A stretch of DNA of 64,000 nucleotides from an uncultured archaeon (GTDB lineage: Archaea > Halobacteriota > Archaeoglobi > Archaeoglobales > Archaeoglobaceae), in the NCBI GenBank assembly GCA_964655455.1, contig CAZZMN010000006.1:36951-100950 (forward strand), read 5' to 3'. The stretch's first letter is position 1; every line of letters starts with the position of its first letter. The notes under the pieces were generated by a model. It did not search any database and had not been told where the DNA came from. It saw nothing but the letters and a program-made list of their open reading frames with translations. Positions 39,761 through 50,995 of the stretch are shown in pieces. Both the position numbers and the translations under genes were made by a program.

Positions 39761-40330
39761 ATGCGTTTATTCGTCATGGAAATCATTGTTGGAGGTATAA
39801 GGGGTACCTACACAATCAAAGGGGAGGGGTCCGCTCTCTTGTGTCCTCCACACCCTCTAATGGGAGGAAGCCGGTTCGATATCCGACTCGAAAGGATTTG
39901 CGAGGGTCTTCACCAGATTGGCTATTCTACACTAAGATTTGATTACAAACAGCCTTTTAGGAATGGATTAGGAGAAGTGGAGGACGCCAGAATCATGCTG
40001 AGATATTTAAAGGAGAGACACAATTTTGTTGCAGTAATTGGCTATTCTTTTGGGAGTGTTGTTGCGAGTAATATTGCTGATGAGGCGGATGCCGTGGTTC
40101 TTATCTCTCCTTTGAAGAAAATTAACAAAATAGAGCTCAGGGACTCGAAAAAGCCAAAATTGATTATCTACGGAACTTACGATGAGATAGTCAGTGTAAA
40201 GGAATCAAGAGAAATCACCGAGAAGCTGTCGCCTCCTAAGGAGGTCGTGGAATTGGAGACTGATCACTTTTATACGGGAACGTTGGATATCCTTACAGAA
40301 AAGATTGTTGAGTTTTTAAAGAAATGCTGA
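39761..40330 (+). CDS. small alpha/beta hydrolase fold protein
   Basis: 189 aa with the nucleophile elbow GYSFGS, a later YGTYDEIV, and DHFY (the His). Confidence 0.55.
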   Translation: MRLFVMEIIVGGIRGTYTIKGEGSALLCPPHPLMGGSRFDIRLERICEGLHQIGYSTLRFDYKQPFRNGLGEVEDARIMLRYLKERHNFVAVIGYSFGSVVASNIADEADAVVLISPLKKINKIELRDSKKPKLIIYGTYDEIVSVKESREITEKLSPPKEVVELETDHFYTGTLDILTEKIVEFLKKC

Positions 40331-40381
40331 CCGAACAAAATCACAAAATTTAAACATTACATCATCAACATATCAAAAGAG

Positions 40382-41338
40382 GTGATGAATTTGCTAAGCG
40401 TAAACGAATTGGCACTGGATATTGTAGAGGAGATGTTAGATTTTGAAGAGGAGCTTAGAATTGAGTCTAAAAAGCTTGAAAACGGTGCAACCGTAATAGA
40501 CTGCGGAGTAAACGTTCCAGGAAGCTACAACGCTGGAATCATGTATACAGAGATCTGTATGGGTGGCTTAGCTAAAGTAGACATAGTCGTTGATTACGTA
40601 AAGGACATCCCATTCGCTTTCATAACGCAATATACCGATCACCCAGCGATCGCCTGCTTAGGTAGTCAGAAGGCTGGATGGGCGATAAGCGTTGACAAGT
40701 ACTTTGCGATGGGAAGCGGTCCAGCAAGAGCTCTGGCGTTAAAGCCTAAAAAGACTTACGAGTTGATAGAATATGAAGATGACGCTGACTACGCCGTTAT
40801 AGCTCTGGAAGCAAGCAAGCTCCCAAATGAGAAGGTTATTGAATATATCGCAAAGGAGTGTGACGTTGATCCCGAAGACGTTTACGCTGTCGTGGCGCCT
40901 ACGGCAAGCATTGTAGGATCTGTCCAGATCTCGGGAAGAATTGTTGAGACTGCCATTTACAAGATGACGGAAATTGGATACGACCCCAAGAAGATCCTAT
41001 ATGGTGCCGGAAGATGTCCTATCGCTCCGATTTTGGAGAACGACCTTAAGGCAATGGGTGCGACAAACGATAGCATGCTCTACTACGGAAGCGTTTACCT
41101 AACGGTAACCGAATACGATGAGATATTAAAGAACGTTCCAAGCAACACAAGCAGAGATTACGGAAAGCCGTTCTACGAGATCTTCAAGGCTGCAAACTAT
41201 GATTTCTACAAGATCGATCCAAATCTGTTCGCACCGGCTCAGATCGTTGTGAACGATAAATCAACAGGAAAAACATACGTTCACGGAAAGCTTAATGCGG
41301 AAGTCCTGCTCCAGAGCTATCAGATACAAATCGAATAA
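40382..41338 (+). CDS. mch: methenyltetrahydromethanopterin cyclohydrolase
   Basis: [39 protein letters not shown]...GSGPARA is full-length Mch-like. The exact start (GTG/ATG/TTG cluster) is uncertain. Confidence 0.9.
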   Translation: MMNLLSVNELALDIVEEMLDFEEELRIESKKLENGATVIDCGVNVPGSYNAGIMYTEICMGGLAKVDIVVDYVKDIPFAFITQYTDHPAIACLGSQKAGWAISVDKYFAMGSGPARALALKPKKTYELIEYEDDADYAVIALEASKLPNEKVIEYIAKECDVDPEDVYAVVAPTASIVGSVQISGRIVETAIYKMTEIGYDPKKILYGAGRCPIAPILENDLKAMGATNDSMLYYGSVYLTVTEYDEILKNVPSNTSRDYGKPFYEIFKAANYDFYKIDPNLFAPAQIVVNDKSTGKTYVHGKLNAEVLLQSYQIQIE

Positions 41339-41367
41339 TTTTTAACTTTTTATCATTACTTTTATTC

Positions 41368-42075
41368 ATGGAGGTAGTTAGAAGAGATTTTAAAAGCTTG
41401 GATAATCTGGTAGTCCCTTCTTTCCATGTCAAAGCGAGGGCAAATGAAGCGGCCGTAATAATTCACGGATATTCCTCCTCAAAGGATGAGTGGCTTGGAT
41501 TCTCTTATAACATCGCTGAAAAAGGTGTTGATGCTGTCGCCATCGATCTAAGAGGTCATGGGGACAACGAAAATCCACTTGACGAGAATGTTTTGAACGA
41601 TGTTGAAGGTGTGATTAAAGAGCTGCGCAACGAGTTCGAAAAAGTGTATACGATAGGTCACTCTCTGGGAGGTCTTCTCAGCCTCTGCAGTACATCTGAT
41701 TTCGCTTTCGCAATCTCCCCTCCTTTGACTTCAAAGCTCTTACCGGAACCGAAGTTCATGTTGAGATTGAATTCTTGCAAGGTTAGGGAGAAGCATCCGG
41801 AGGTTCTCTTCAACATTCTTGAAAGGCTAAACCCACCCCGAAGAGAGGGGAACGCCCTGATCTTTTACGGGAGCGGAGAGTCCAAGGGAATAAAAATGGC
41901 TGTGGAGGTGTGGAGTAAAGACAGAAACGTGGATGTGGTGGAGATAAATGAAAATCAGGCAACACTACCCGAGATCGATGTGGATGCCGAAAAACTCAAG
42001 AATTACCTGCCGGCTTTTATCAGCCATTTGTCGATCGCTACGGCAAAAGAAATAATTAAAAAAATCAGATTTTAA
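41368..42075 (+). CDS. alpha/beta hydrolase fold protein
   Basis: 235 aa with IIHGYSSSKDEW, DLRGHG and the nucleophile elbow GHSLGG. Confidence 0.55.
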   Translation: MEVVRRDFKSLDNLVVPSFHVKARANEAAVIIHGYSSSKDEWLGFSYNIAEKGVDAVAIDLRGHGDNENPLDENVLNDVEGVIKELRNEFEKVYTIGHSLGGLLSLCSTSDFAFAISPPLTSKLLPEPKFMLRLNSCKVREKHPEVLFNILERLNPPRREGNALIFYGSGESKGIKMAVEVWSKDRNVDVVEINENQATLPEIDVDAEKLKNYLPAFISHLSIATAKEIIKKIRF

Positions 42076-42772
42076 TTATTTTTCCTTCACCTCCGACGTT
42101 TACGTCGCCTACGTATCCTTCTTCTGTTCTCTTGAAAGACGGAAGGATATCGCACTTACCCTTTACCTTGATCACGCCACCCTTCATGTCCGCTCCTACG
42201 AAGCCGCAGTTTCCTCCGATGATGATTTCGCCACCCTTCATTTCGATTCCAATAAAATCTCCAGCATTGCCCTTTATCTCAATCACACCACCGGACATCT
42301 TCTCCCCGATGTAGTTACCGGCGTTCCCCTCGATCACGATTTTGCCTCCCTGCATTCCCGTAGCATCACCGTAGTAAGGACACCCAATAAGATTTTTGGC
42401 GTTACCCTTTACGATTATCTCTCCGTCCATCATCTCCATTCCAAGGAGATCATCCGCATCTCCTTCGATGATGATTCTGCCCCCTTTCATGTAGGCTCCG
42501 CAGTTCGTTCCGACGCTACCCTTTACGATAATCTCTCCTTCAGTCATCCCGCAACCGATCCACTTCACCTTGGAAAAATCGCCATCCAAGATGATCTTCT
42601 TTTCGTCCCCCTCTTTCTTTATCTCGAATAGATCCTTGAGCTTTTTGACTTCTTTACCATACCATACTTTGAACTCCTTTATCTCATCCAAGCTCTTTTC
42701 CGCAAGATCTGGCGTGATTTCGGCTTCAACACTTACCTCGAAATCGAATTTTGGCTTCAAAATGAGCATCAT
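42065..42772 (-). CDS. fwdC: formylmethanofuran dehydrogenase subunit C
   Basis: Repeated G-x-G beta-helix units (IIEGDA, IVKGNA, VIEGNAGNYIG, IEIKGNAGDFIG). The ATG at 42772 overlaps the fwdA stop (ATGA). Confidence 0.85.
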   Translation of the reverse strand: MMLILKPKFDFEVSVEAEITPDLAEKSLDEIKEFKVWYGKEVKKLKDLFEIKKEGDEKKIILDGDFSKVKWIGCGMTEGEIIVKGSVGTNCGAYMKGGRIIIEGDADDLLGMEMMDGEIIVKGNAKNLIGCPYYGDATGMQGGKIVIEGNAGNYIGEKMSGGVIEIKGNAGDFIGIEMKGGEIIIGGNCGFVGADMKGGVIKVKGKCDILPSFKRTEEGYVGDVNVGGEGKIIKI

Positions 42773-44457
42773 CTCACCCCCATCCTCTCTGGATTTCTTA
42801 TCCATTCTTCCTTTACGCCGAAATTCCTTCTCTTAATGCTGTAGTAATTGAAGAACTCATTTAAGTCGCTGTCAATGATTTCAGGGCTCGCCTTGCTTCT
42901 TGCATCGATCCAGAACGTCCTTCCCCAAGTTTCCTTGAGAATCACTCCATTCTCGACGATTATGTCTCCAGCCTTTATCGTATAGGCTGCTCGTCTGAAC
43001 TCTTTGTCTATTACTTCATATTGAGTGGACGGATCAATTTCGTTCGGATTTATGTTGTAAATTGCGATATCGGCGTCTGCCCCGATACCAAGGTGACCTT
43101 TGTTCTCCAATCCAAGGATTCTCGCTGGAAGGCTCCTTGTCATGTGGATTACTTCGTAAAGGGTTCTCTCCGTGTCTATTGCGGGGAGATTCGTTGCCTT
43201 CTGGACGTATTGATGGACTTTTTCAAGTTCTTTCTCTCTCATCTTCTTGCTCATCAGCATTGCCATCACATAAGGATACTCGGTGAAAGGACCGCCGTTC
43301 GGGTAATCTGTTGTCAGGACAACTTTATCGCTGTCTACCATTAATCCGAGCTCCAAGCCGATAGCCCACTGGAGGGCGTGAACTGGATTCTTTGGCAGAT
43401 ACATTATCGGGACAATTCCAGCACCCCCCTCTATCTCGCTGTCTTTGTTGCTCCATTTTGCCCCCAAGAGCCTGTGAAGGACGAACTGGAACGGTGCATC
43501 TCCCGTCATTGCAGTTGCGTGCCCAAATATGGCGGCACCCATATCTATCGTCACGTTGTCCATCGAATTAACGGTTTTGGCGATATCCTCGACACCGCTG
43601 CAAACGTCCCTCCAAGAGCTACCTCCGTACGCGTTGAACTGAACGTGAGTGACATGAAGAACCTGCCTCTTATCGTTCTTGAAACCAGCTGCAAGTTTTA
43701 TCGACTCCACGGTCGTCTGGTAGTTACCGGGGTTTCCCAAGTTGTTGCAGTGGAGGTGAACGCTGTGTGGAAGGTCAAGCTCCTCATTAGCCCTTATTAG
43801 GGAGGTTATTATATCCCTTGGGGTGATACCGAATCCCGGAACTTCATCGTCCAAGTTCCTACAGTTCTTTCCATACATCCATGCCTCAATACCGCCGGGG
43901 TTGACTACTTTGACACCGAAGCCTTTTGTTCTCTCCAAAGCCCATACTATGAACGCTTTAAGCTTTTCAAAATCCTTTTCAGCTACGAACTTCAGAACGG
44001 GATGCCAGTTTCCGAAAACTGGGAGAGCCGCTTTATCGAGGATCGGGATGGCGTCGAGCTCCTCGTGGGTGTGAAGGCTTCCGATTGGTGGGTTAGCAGC
44101 CTCCACAGCGGTTGTGTATCCCATCCTTGCGTATTCGTATCCGATCGCGGGAGATGTCAGCAACACTCTACCAACAGTTGCCCTTAATTTGTTTGCGGTC
44201 TGCCTTACAACCCTCATCTCCTCTGGCCTCATCGTCCTTCCGGTGTTGATCTTGCTTCCGGCTATGTGGGCGTGCATTTCGACGCCACCGGCAACCACAA
44301 GCTTGTTTGATGCATCGATAACTTTACATTCGTCCTTCTTGACTTCACTCTCTTCGACTATCTTTCCGTTCTTGACGAATATGTCCATCTTCTCTCCATC
44401 GATCTTGTTCTTCGGGTCGATAACAATTCCATTCTTTATCCAAAGCATGTGATGCAT
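42769..44457 (-). CDS. fwdA: formylmethanofuran dehydrogenase subunit A (amidohydrolase fold)
   Basis: GGVEMHAHIAGSK and HLHCNNLG metal-ligand contexts. The ATG at 44457 is preceded by AAGGGGTGA. Confidence 0.85.
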   Translation of the reverse strand: MHHMLWIKNGIVIDPKNKIDGEKMDIFVKNGKIVEESEVKKDECKVIDASNKLVVAGGVEMHAHIAGSKINTGRTMRPEEMRVVRQTANKLRATVGRVLLTSPAIGYEYARMGYTTAVEAANPPIGSLHTHEELDAIPILDKAALPVFGNWHPVLKFVAEKDFEKLKAFIVWALERTKGFGVKVVNPGGIEAWMYGKNCRNLDDEVPGFGITPRDIITSLIRANEELDLPHSVHLHCNNLGNPGNYQTTVESIKLAAGFKNDKRQVLHVTHVQFNAYGGSSWRDVCSGVEDIAKTVNSMDNVTIDMGAAIFGHATAMTGDAPFQFVLHRLLGAKWSNKDSEIEGGAGIVPIMYLPKNPVHALQWAIGLELGLMVDSDKVVLTTDYPNGGPFTEYPYVMAMLMSKKMREKELEKVHQYVQKATNLPAIDTERTLYEVIHMTRSLPARILGLENKGHLGIGADADIAIYNINPNEIDPSTQYEVIDKEFRRAAYTIKAGDIIVENGVILKETWGRTFWIDARSKASPEIIDSDLNEFFNYYSIKRRNFGVKEEWIRNPERMGVR

Positions 44458-44461
44458 AAGA

Positions 44462-45712
44462 TCACCCCTTAAGCTCCTCAACCTTCTTTAACAACTCCTC
44501 AAGAATCTTCTCATCGCTCCAGAACTCTGAATCCACAAGCTTCTTTACCCTAAGCGGAATCACATCCATCCTGTATGCAGTCCCCTCAGCTTCGATTCCG
44601 GCAACCGCAGACGGAATAACGACGTTCGACAAAAGTGTCGTCAGGTTTGGGAAGGGATCTATCTGGATCACTGGAATGTTTTTCATGTGTTCCACAGCCT
44701 TTCTTGGGAAGTGAGCTGCCGGATCACTTGCTACAACCATCATAGCATCGCAATCTCTTCTGAGAAGCATTTCCACGGCAGAAAACTCTGCTGGAGAGAA
44801 TCTTGGATATCCCCTGCTAAAATCAATTGCGTATTGGTAGCCGACTTCCCAAGCCGGGACTTCGCCGGCGCCGACAACGTTATAGTGACCTCTCATCGGC
44901 CAGATTATCCATCTTGTTGTTCTGTTAAGAAGCTGGATCAGCTTTATAGCATTCTCGACGGTTCTGTCTCTGCCTCTTGACTGAGTAACTCCTAAACCGT
45001 AGAATATTACTCCATACTTTGCATTTTTCATATCCTCGGCAAGCTCAATGAGCTGTTCTTTTGGAACACCGCCGACTTCATCGACTTCTATGTCTTCTCC
45101 CTTGATAATGGCTCTTAGTGCCGAGATCACGGCGAAGTCGTAGCCGGGCTTTACTTGAATGAATTTATCCGCTAATTTCGCAGTTCTCGTTCTTCTAACA
45201 TCCACAACTACAACTTTTCTGTCCTTTCTATCTTTTATCAGATAGCCTTTGGCGTGAACACTATATCTCGTCGGATGCCTTGGATGTGCCTCCATCGGAT
45301 TGCTTCCCCAGAAAATTACCATATCGGCTCTGTTCTTCACGGAGCCAAGGGTTCCGCCAGGTAACCCCTCTTCTATCGTGGCAAGAGTTCCGGGGGCGTG
45401 GCAGACGCTTGCACACTGATCGTAAACGCCACCGACAATCTCCGTCAGGATGACTCCAAGTCTTATGGCTTCGTTGACCGTTGAAGCCCATCCGTAAAGC
45501 AAAGGTCTCTTAGCGTTCACGAGAATTTCGGCCGCCTTTTCAATCGCCTCCTCGTAGCTGACCTCCTTTCCGTCAATCATTGGTGACTTTATTCTCTCTT
45601 TCTTTTGGAATTTCGAAAGGCCTAAGGGGCAGAATCTCTTTCCTTTTTGTTTTTCTACATCAAACTCCACATCATCGCAAACATTTCCACAGAATGTACA
45701 TACGGCTTCCAT
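44462..45712 (-). CDS. fwdB: formylmethanofuran dehydrogenase subunit B (pterin-binding, Cys type)
   Basis: N-terminal CTFCGNVCDD Fe-S motif and the active-site context SVCHAPG, which has Cys rather than an in-frame TGA. Molybdopterin oxidoreductase fold. Confidence 0.85.
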   Translation of the reverse strand: MEAVCTFCGNVCDDVEFDVEKQKGKRFCPLGLSKFQKKERIKSPMIDGKEVSYEEAIEKAAEILVNAKRPLLYGWASTVNEAIRLGVILTEIVGGVYDQCASVCHAPGTLATIEEGLPGGTLGSVKNRADMVIFWGSNPMEAHPRHPTRYSVHAKGYLIKDRKDRKVVVVDVRRTRTAKLADKFIQVKPGYDFAVISALRAIIKGEDIEVDEVGGVPKEQLIELAEDMKNAKYGVIFYGLGVTQSRGRDRTVENAIKLIQLLNRTTRWIIWPMRGHYNVVGAGEVPAWEVGYQYAIDFSRGYPRFSPAEFSAVEMLLRRDCDAMMVVASDPAAHFPRKAVEHMKNIPVIQIDPFPNLTTLLSNVVIPSAVAGIEAEGTAYRMDVIPLRVKKLVDSEFWSDEKILEELLKKVEELKG

Positions 45713-46081
45713 TCATTTCACCCCTAACAATTCTTTAACGCTCAAAACGTTTTCATCGGTTTTTTCTACAGTTCCCTTAACCCCTTTAAACTGGGGCATC
45801 CCCGTTCCATCCGTGGATGGATCGATCACCTGATTCGCATAGGGGCCCATTGGGATAAAGACAACACCTCTCGGCAAGTCTCCGATTTTTGCAAAGACAA
45901 CAACTTCTCCGAATTCCGTCTTTACCTTTACTTTATCTCCTTCGCTTAATCCAAGGGCTTTAAAGTCTTCTTCGTTAAGTTCGCAGTAACTCACAGCTTT
46001 GAAGTATTCCTCTGTTAGTTTCTCTTCAACGGTCTTTCCCTGATCTATCGTTCTTCCGGTAATAATTTCAACCTCGATCAT
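45713..46081 (-). CDS. fwdD: formylmethanofuran dehydrogenase subunit D
   Basis: About 122 aa, a molybdopterin-dinucleotide-binding beta-barrel-like protein (IITGRTIDQG...VKVKTEFGEVVV). It is the first gene of the fwdDBAC order. Confidence 0.8.
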   Translation of the reverse strand: MIEVEIITGRTIDQGKTVEEKLTEEYFKAVSYCELNEEDFKALGLSEGDKVKVKTEFGEVVVFAKIGDLPRGVVFIPMGPYANQVIDPSTDGTGMPQFKGVKGTVEKTDENVLSVKELLGVK

Positions 46082-46194
46082 ACACGTCACCGCTATTTTT
46101 TGCGATAATTAATCTTGAAAATATTTAACAATTGCTATTTTATCCAAGATCGGTGTGGTATCGGTTCTGAATTGTGAAGGATTAAGCTAAATAA

Positions 46195-47184
46195 TCAATC
46201 AAACAGACCGTAAATATCCTTTCCACATTTCCAGCACTTTCCGTCCTTAATCCAGTTGTTTAAAACTCTGTATGAATGTCGGTTTATCAATAATTCCCCG
46301 CAATTCGGGCAGTAAGTGTTCTCATATCTGTGAAACGGAACATTCCCGATGTAGACAAATTCGACACCTTCCCTCTTTGCAATTTCAATGGCTCTTTCAA
46401 GCCTCTTCACCGGTGTAGGTGGCTTATCGAAGAGATATGCGGGAAAATACCTCGTAAAGTGGAGGGGGACTTCGGATCCAAGCCTGCTGAGGTGATTCTC
46501 TACGATCCACCTTACCGTGTCTTCATCGTCATTTAAATCCGTTATAAGTAAACAGACTATCTCAACGTGAATTCCCATTTTCTTCGCCTTTTCAGCAGTT
46601 CTCCAAACGAATTCCGCTTTCCCACCGCAGTATTTCTCGTAAACGGATTCATTACCCTTTACATCGATGTTAATTGCATCGAGACCTGCCTCTCGCAGCA
46701 TTTTTAAAGCAAGCGGTGTCAGGTAGCCGTTAGAAACCATGGTGTTATATAATCCTCTTTTCTTTGCAAGGGGGAAAAGATCTAAAAGAAACTCGAACAA
46801 AAGAGTGGGCTCGTTAAAACTTGCACACGTAGCGACGTCCCCGTTAGAGATTGCGATTTCTACGATTTCTTCAGGCTTTATTGGATTGTAGCTGGATGGT
46901 GGCTTTACTTTTGATAAGCGCCAGTTCTGACACCATGGGCAGTTGAAATTGCACGAATAAGTTGAAAACGTTGTTGCATTCCTTCCAGGAAGGAAATGGA
47001 AGAACGGTTTAATCTCCATGGGTCTGCTCTCTATTGCACTGAGATTTCCGTAGGTTCTCGTAAACAATTTCCCGTTTTTTACATAACGGGCACCGCATTT
47101 TCCCTCTTTCTCAATCTTGCAGAAATGCCAGCAAAGCTGACAGGTGATTACTCCTCTAACTTGCCTGTAGGCTTTCGCTTCCAT
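46195..47184 (-). CDS. AmmeMemoRadiSam-system-type radical SAM enzyme (PflA-like activase fold)
   Basis: N-terminal CQLCWHFCKIEKEGKCGAR auxiliary motif, SCNFNCPWCQNW radical SAM motif, and a C-terminal CPNCG...CWKCG. Confidence 0.8.
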   Translation of the reverse strand: MEAKAYRQVRGVITCQLCWHFCKIEKEGKCGARYVKNGKLFTRTYGNLSAIESRPMEIKPFFHFLPGRNATTFSTYSCNFNCPWCQNWRLSKVKPPSSYNPIKPEEIVEIAISNGDVATCASFNEPTLLFEFLLDLFPLAKKRGLYNTMVSNGYLTPLALKMLREAGLDAINIDVKGNESVYEKYCGGKAEFVWRTAEKAKKMGIHVEIVCLLITDLNDDEDTVRWIVENHLSRLGSEVPLHFTRYFPAYLFDKPPTPVKRLERAIEIAKREGVEFVYIGNVPFHRYENTYCPNCGELLINRHSYRVLNNWIKDGKCWKCGKDIYGLFD

Positions 47185-48573
47185 TTAAAGTATCTTTTCG
47201 AATTCTCTCTTAAGTTTTTCCTTCTTATATCCCATCTCGATTTCATCCCAAGGAAGCGGAGAATCCACATCCATACATCCCAGAAGTCTTGAAAGATCTG
47301 ATTTTAGAATCCTGTTGAGGCTAATCTTTTTCATGAGTCTTAGTCTGACCCCTCTTGAAATAATCGTTTGAATCGCAAAATCATCAATTTTATCTGCGTT
47401 TACTTCACATATCTTCCTTAAATGGCTGATCAAATATTCCCTCTTCCACTTGAGTTCCTCGATATTTTTTTTAACACTTTTTTCAGGATTTCCTCCAAAA
47501 GGTAGCCACTGAAAAGGAGTGTGAGGCTTTGGAACCAAGGGATTAAGGGAGACGCTTACTTTTTTTCCCAAAGATCTTACTTTTTCTACAAGTTTGATTA
47601 TTCCATCGAGGTCTTCTTTCTTCTCGAACGGTAATCCATACATGAAGTATAGCTTGATCTTTTCAGCCTTTGATATCCTGACGGCGTTCAGAACGTCCTC
47701 CTCATCAATTCCCTTATTCAAAATTTCCCGTAATTTATCGCTTCCGGCTTCGGGAGCCAGTGTCAGGCTTTTTGTAGGGAGAAGCTCAGCCACTTCCTCA
47801 TCGAATCTGTCAGCCCTTATAGAGGAGGGAGAAACCTCGAACCCCATCTGGATAAGTTCCGATACGATATCTTTGAATTGAGGGTGATCTGTTGGTGATG
47901 GAGCTATAAGAGCTACTTTTTCTGCGAATTTTCTGTTCACCTCTGCTATTTCGATTACATCTTCTTTTTTTCTCCATCTTGCAGGTCTGTATATCTGCCT
48001 AACAATGCAGAAGCGACAACTTCTGTAGCATCCCCTTCCGATCTCTATAAGGATTGATTTGCCATAGGCGTTTGTTGATATTATCTGCATTTTCATTTCG
48101 TTATCGAGTTTGGACACTCTCCTTCTCTTCGAAAAGGGCATCAATCCCTCGACACTGGCGTCTTTAATGACATCTATGACAACGTTCTCGGCTTCTCCCA
48201 AGAAAAATCGATCAAAAAAGTCGTAGAACGAGAAGGGATTTTCAGTAACACAAGGCCCTCCAACCACAACTCTGCCAGAAAATTTACTCTCCCTCAAAAT
48301 CTTAAGGGCGTTAAAGTAATCCTCTTCGTACTGAATTGAGATTAGTGCAATATCAAAATAATTCAGCGGTATTCCGAACTCAACGCTCCTGAGACCTCTT
48401 TCGACATCTGTGTAGAATCGTTCTGCCACAAATTCCTCGCTTTTGTTAATCTCGTAGTATATTCGCTGTAGTCCTAAGTTTGTAATGCCGCCAATGTATC
48501 TGTTTGGGTAGATGACGGCAACCTTCTTTAATCCAGGTCGGTACTTCTTAAAAAAAGGGTTGAACTCTATCAT
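47185..48573 (-). CDS. radical SAM protein with B12-binding-like N-terminal domain, function unknown
   Basis: [23 protein letters not shown]-terminal domain and [11 protein letters not shown] motif. Its stop abuts the next start, and its own start overlaps ilvN by 4 nt. Confidence 0.7.
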   Translation of the reverse strand: MIEFNPFFKKYRPGLKKVAVIYPNRYIGGITNLGLQRIYYEINKSEEFVAERFYTDVERGLRSVEFGIPLNYFDIALISIQYEEDYFNALKILRESKFSGRVVVGGPCVTENPFSFYDFFDRFFLGEAENVVIDVIKDASVEGLMPFSKRRRVSKLDNEMKMQIISTNAYGKSILIEIGRGCYRSCRFCIVRQIYRPARWRKKEDVIEIAEVNRKFAEKVALIAPSPTDHPQFKDIVSELIQMGFEVSPSSIRADRFDEEVAELLPTKSLTLAPEAGSDKLREILNKGIDEEDVLNAVRISKAEKIKLYFMYGLPFEKKEDLDGIIKLVEKVRSLGKKVSVSLNPLVPKPHTPFQWLPFGGNPEKSVKKNIEELKWKREYLISHLRKICEVNADKIDDFAIQTIISRGVRLRLMKKISLNRILKSDLSRLLGCMDVDSPLPWDEIEMGYKKEKLKREFEKIL

Positions 48574-49055
48574 TCCATGGACTTGCTACCTCTCTGCATG
48601 GCTATTTTTCCCGTCCTTGAGACCTCTTTAATCCCGTATTGCCTCATCAAGTTTATAAAAGCATTTATCTTATCCTCGTCTCCGGTTATTTCGATAATCA
48701 GAGAATCGCGGGCAACATCGACGATCCTACCTCTGAAGATATTCGCAATTTCGATGATCTCACCTCTCGTCTGAGGGGTTGCCGTAACCTTAATAAGGGC
48801 GAGTTCCCTCTCGACAGAATTTTCCGAGAGATCGCTAACCTTTAGAACTTCTATCAGTTTGTTTAGCTGTTTTATAACTTGCTCTATCGTTTTATCGTCG
48901 CCGCTAACGACTATGGTCATCCTTGAAATGTCATCTCTCTCGGTGACTCCGACCGCAAGGCTTTCGATGTTGAATCCCCTTCTCCTGAACAATCCCGCAA
49001 CCCTCGCAAGAACTCCCGGTTTGTTCTCAACCAGAGCAGCAATAGTTCTCCTCAT
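48570..49055 (-). CDS. ilvN: acetolactate synthase small (regulatory) subunit
   Basis: ACT domain begins [34 protein letters not shown]. The ATG at 49055 follows GAGGAGGTG. Confidence 0.85.
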   Translation of the reverse strand: MRRTIAALVENKPGVLARVAGLFRRRGFNIESLAVGVTERDDISRMTIVVSGDDKTIEQVIKQLNKLIEVLKVSDLSENSVERELALIKVTATPQTRGEIIEIANIFRGRIVDVARDSLIIEITGDEDKINAFINLMRQYGIKEVSRTGKIAMQRGSKSME

Positions 49056-49057
49056 AA

Positions 49058-50722
49058 TCACACCTCCTCGTCTATAATCTCGTGAAGGGCAGCGCCAGGC
49101 GGCACCATGGGATAAACCTTTTCTAAAATATCGACTCGGAAGTCGATGACGACGGGTGCATCGATCTCAAAGGCTTCCTTTAGAGCATCTTCAACCTCGC
49201 TGCTTTTTTCCACGGTCATTCCGACAGCACCGAATCCTTTTGCAATCTTCTCTATGCAGATCTCCTTGTATGCTAAGCAGGTGGCGGAGTATCTCTCTTT
49301 GTAGAAGAGTTCCTGCCACTGTCTAACCATTCCAAGGTATCCGTTGTTGAGGACTGCAACCTTGACATTAATCCCGTAACTGACGCATGTGGCAAGCTCT
49401 TGGATGTTCATGAAGAAGCTGCCGTCTCCGGCCATGTCAATGACAAGTCTGTCTGGAAAGGCGACCTTGGCACCTATTGCCGCCGGAAATCCGAAGCCCA
49501 TCGTTCCAAGACCACCGGAGGATATGAATTGTCTCGGATATTTCACTTTAAAGAACTGAGCGGCCCACATCTGGTTTTGACCAACTTCAGTCGTGATGAT
49601 TGCGTCAGGTGCCAGTTCGCAGATCTTTTCTATAACGAATTGGGGCTTTAATTTTCCATCCCTTTTATACTTTAGCGGGTAAGCTCTTCTCAATCCTTCG
49701 ACTTTTTCTTCCCACTCCTTTCTTCTCTTGTAGTTTATGTGTTTTAGAAGTTCCCTTAAGACGAGCTTTGCATCTCCGACGATCGGGACATCGACTCTGA
49801 CGTTCTTTCCAATCTCAGCGGGATCGATATCGATGTGGATTATCTTTGCATTGGGGGCGAAGTCAGAGAATCTTCCTGTTGTCCTGTCAGAGAAGCGGAC
49901 ACCAACTGCGATTATTAGGTCACTCTCCTGGACAGCGTAATTTGCATACTTAGAGCCGTGCATTCCGATAAATCCCAAGCTGAGTGGGTGAGTCTCAGGA
50001 ATTGCTCCCTTGCCCATTAATGATGTAACAACGTAAGCGGGGATTGTTTCGGCAAGCTTTGTTAGCTCTTCGCTCGCATTCGAGATTATGACGCCACCAC
50101 CTGCAAGAATTATCGGTCTTTCAGCATCCATTATCAGTTCGGTTGCTCTCTTAATCTGCCTCGGATGCCCCGTATATTTCGGTTTGTATCCGGGGAGATT
50201 AACCTTTTCAGGATAATCGAATTCTATATCGGCCATTGTGACATCTCTCGGTATATCGATCAGAACAGGCCCCGGTCTTCCCGTTGATGCGATGTAGAAA
50301 GCTTCCTTGATTATTCTTAGTATATCCCTTTCATTGGTAACGAGATAATTATGCTTCGTTATTGGCATCGTTATCCCTGTGACGTCAGCCTCTTGGAACG
50401 CATCGTTACCAATCAAGCGTCGGGAAACCTGTCCGGTTATCACGACGATTGGCGAAGAATCCATGTACGCATTCGCAATCCCCGTCACGGTGTTAGTCGC
50501 TCCCGGTCCCGATGTTGCGAAGGCGACACCCGTTCTTCCAGTAGCTCTTGCGTATCCGTCAGCAGCGTGGACTGCAGCCTGTTCGTGCCTCGTTAAGATA
50601 TGGGTTATGTTCGAGTCGTAGAGCGCATCGTAAACCTCTAAGATGGCGCCTCCGGGTATTCCGAAAATATGCTTCACACCTTCATACTCTAAGGCCTTGA
50701 TAATAGCATCAGCCACCCTCAT
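49058..50722 (-). CDS. ilvB: acetolactate synthase large subunit
   Basis: [12 protein letters not shown], ThDP motif [14 protein letters not shown]...NNGYLGMV. The ATG at 50722 is preceded by GGTAGGTGG. Confidence 0.9.
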   Translation of the reverse strand: MRVADAIIKALEYEGVKHIFGIPGGAILEVYDALYDSNITHILTRHEQAAVHAADGYARATGRTGVAFATSGPGATNTVTGIANAYMDSSPIVVITGQVSRRLIGNDAFQEADVTGITMPITKHNYLVTNERDILRIIKEAFYIASTGRPGPVLIDIPRDVTMADIEFDYPEKVNLPGYKPKYTGHPRQIKRATELIMDAERPIILAGGGVIISNASEELTKLAETIPAYVVTSLMGKGAIPETHPLSLGFIGMHGSKYANYAVQESDLIIAVGVRFSDRTTGRFSDFAPNAKIIHIDIDPAEIGKNVRVDVPIVGDAKLVLRELLKHINYKRRKEWEEKVEGLRRAYPLKYKRDGKLKPQFVIEKICELAPDAIITTEVGQNQMWAAQFFKVKYPRQFISSGGLGTMGFGFPAAIGAKVAFPDRLVIDMAGDGSFFMNIQELATCVSYGINVKVAVLNNGYLGMVRQWQELFYKERYSATCLAYKEICIEKIAKGFGAVGMTVEKSSEVEDALKEAFEIDAPVVIDFRVDILEKVYPMVPPGAALHEIIDEEV

Positions 50723-50995
50723 AAAACCACCTACCTCAGAATGGTTTAGCATACTACTACCAAGAAAAGATCCATGGATTTGGATTTAGCAAATCTTTGC
50801 ATTGGTTTAAGCTTGAGTTGAGAGTATATATAATTTTCCTTCAGGGATTTAGGTTGGCAAGTGTAAACTTCAATCTATTGCTGGAAACTCAATAAATTTA
50901 TTAGCCAATTCATAATTGGTTGTGAATTGTGAGAATTTTGGGAATAGCCGTAACATTCAAAAAATCTTAAATAAATTATCCAGAAAAATATCATA

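Noticed and set aside
39860-39900. GGTTCGATATCC string resembling a tRNA T-arm.
   Set aside because: It lies inside the alpha/beta hydrolase reading frame, and no acceptor, D or anticodon arms can be folded around it. No tRNA was found elsewhere by eye either.
44462-45712. Checked FwdB for an in-frame TGA (selenocysteine form).
   Set aside because: The active-site context reads SVCHAPG with a Cys codon, and the ORF is uninterrupted, so nothing indicates Sec recoding.
50753-50995. 243-nt ilvB / MBL-gene divergent spacer, scanned for leader-peptide, riboswitch or attenuator structure. It contains the CCAATTCATAATTGG inverted repeat and GGATTT repeats.
   Set aside because: Only short, AT-rich, imperfect repeats are present. 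There is no Ile/Val/Leu-rich leader ORF and no stable terminator/antiterminator pair visible by eye.
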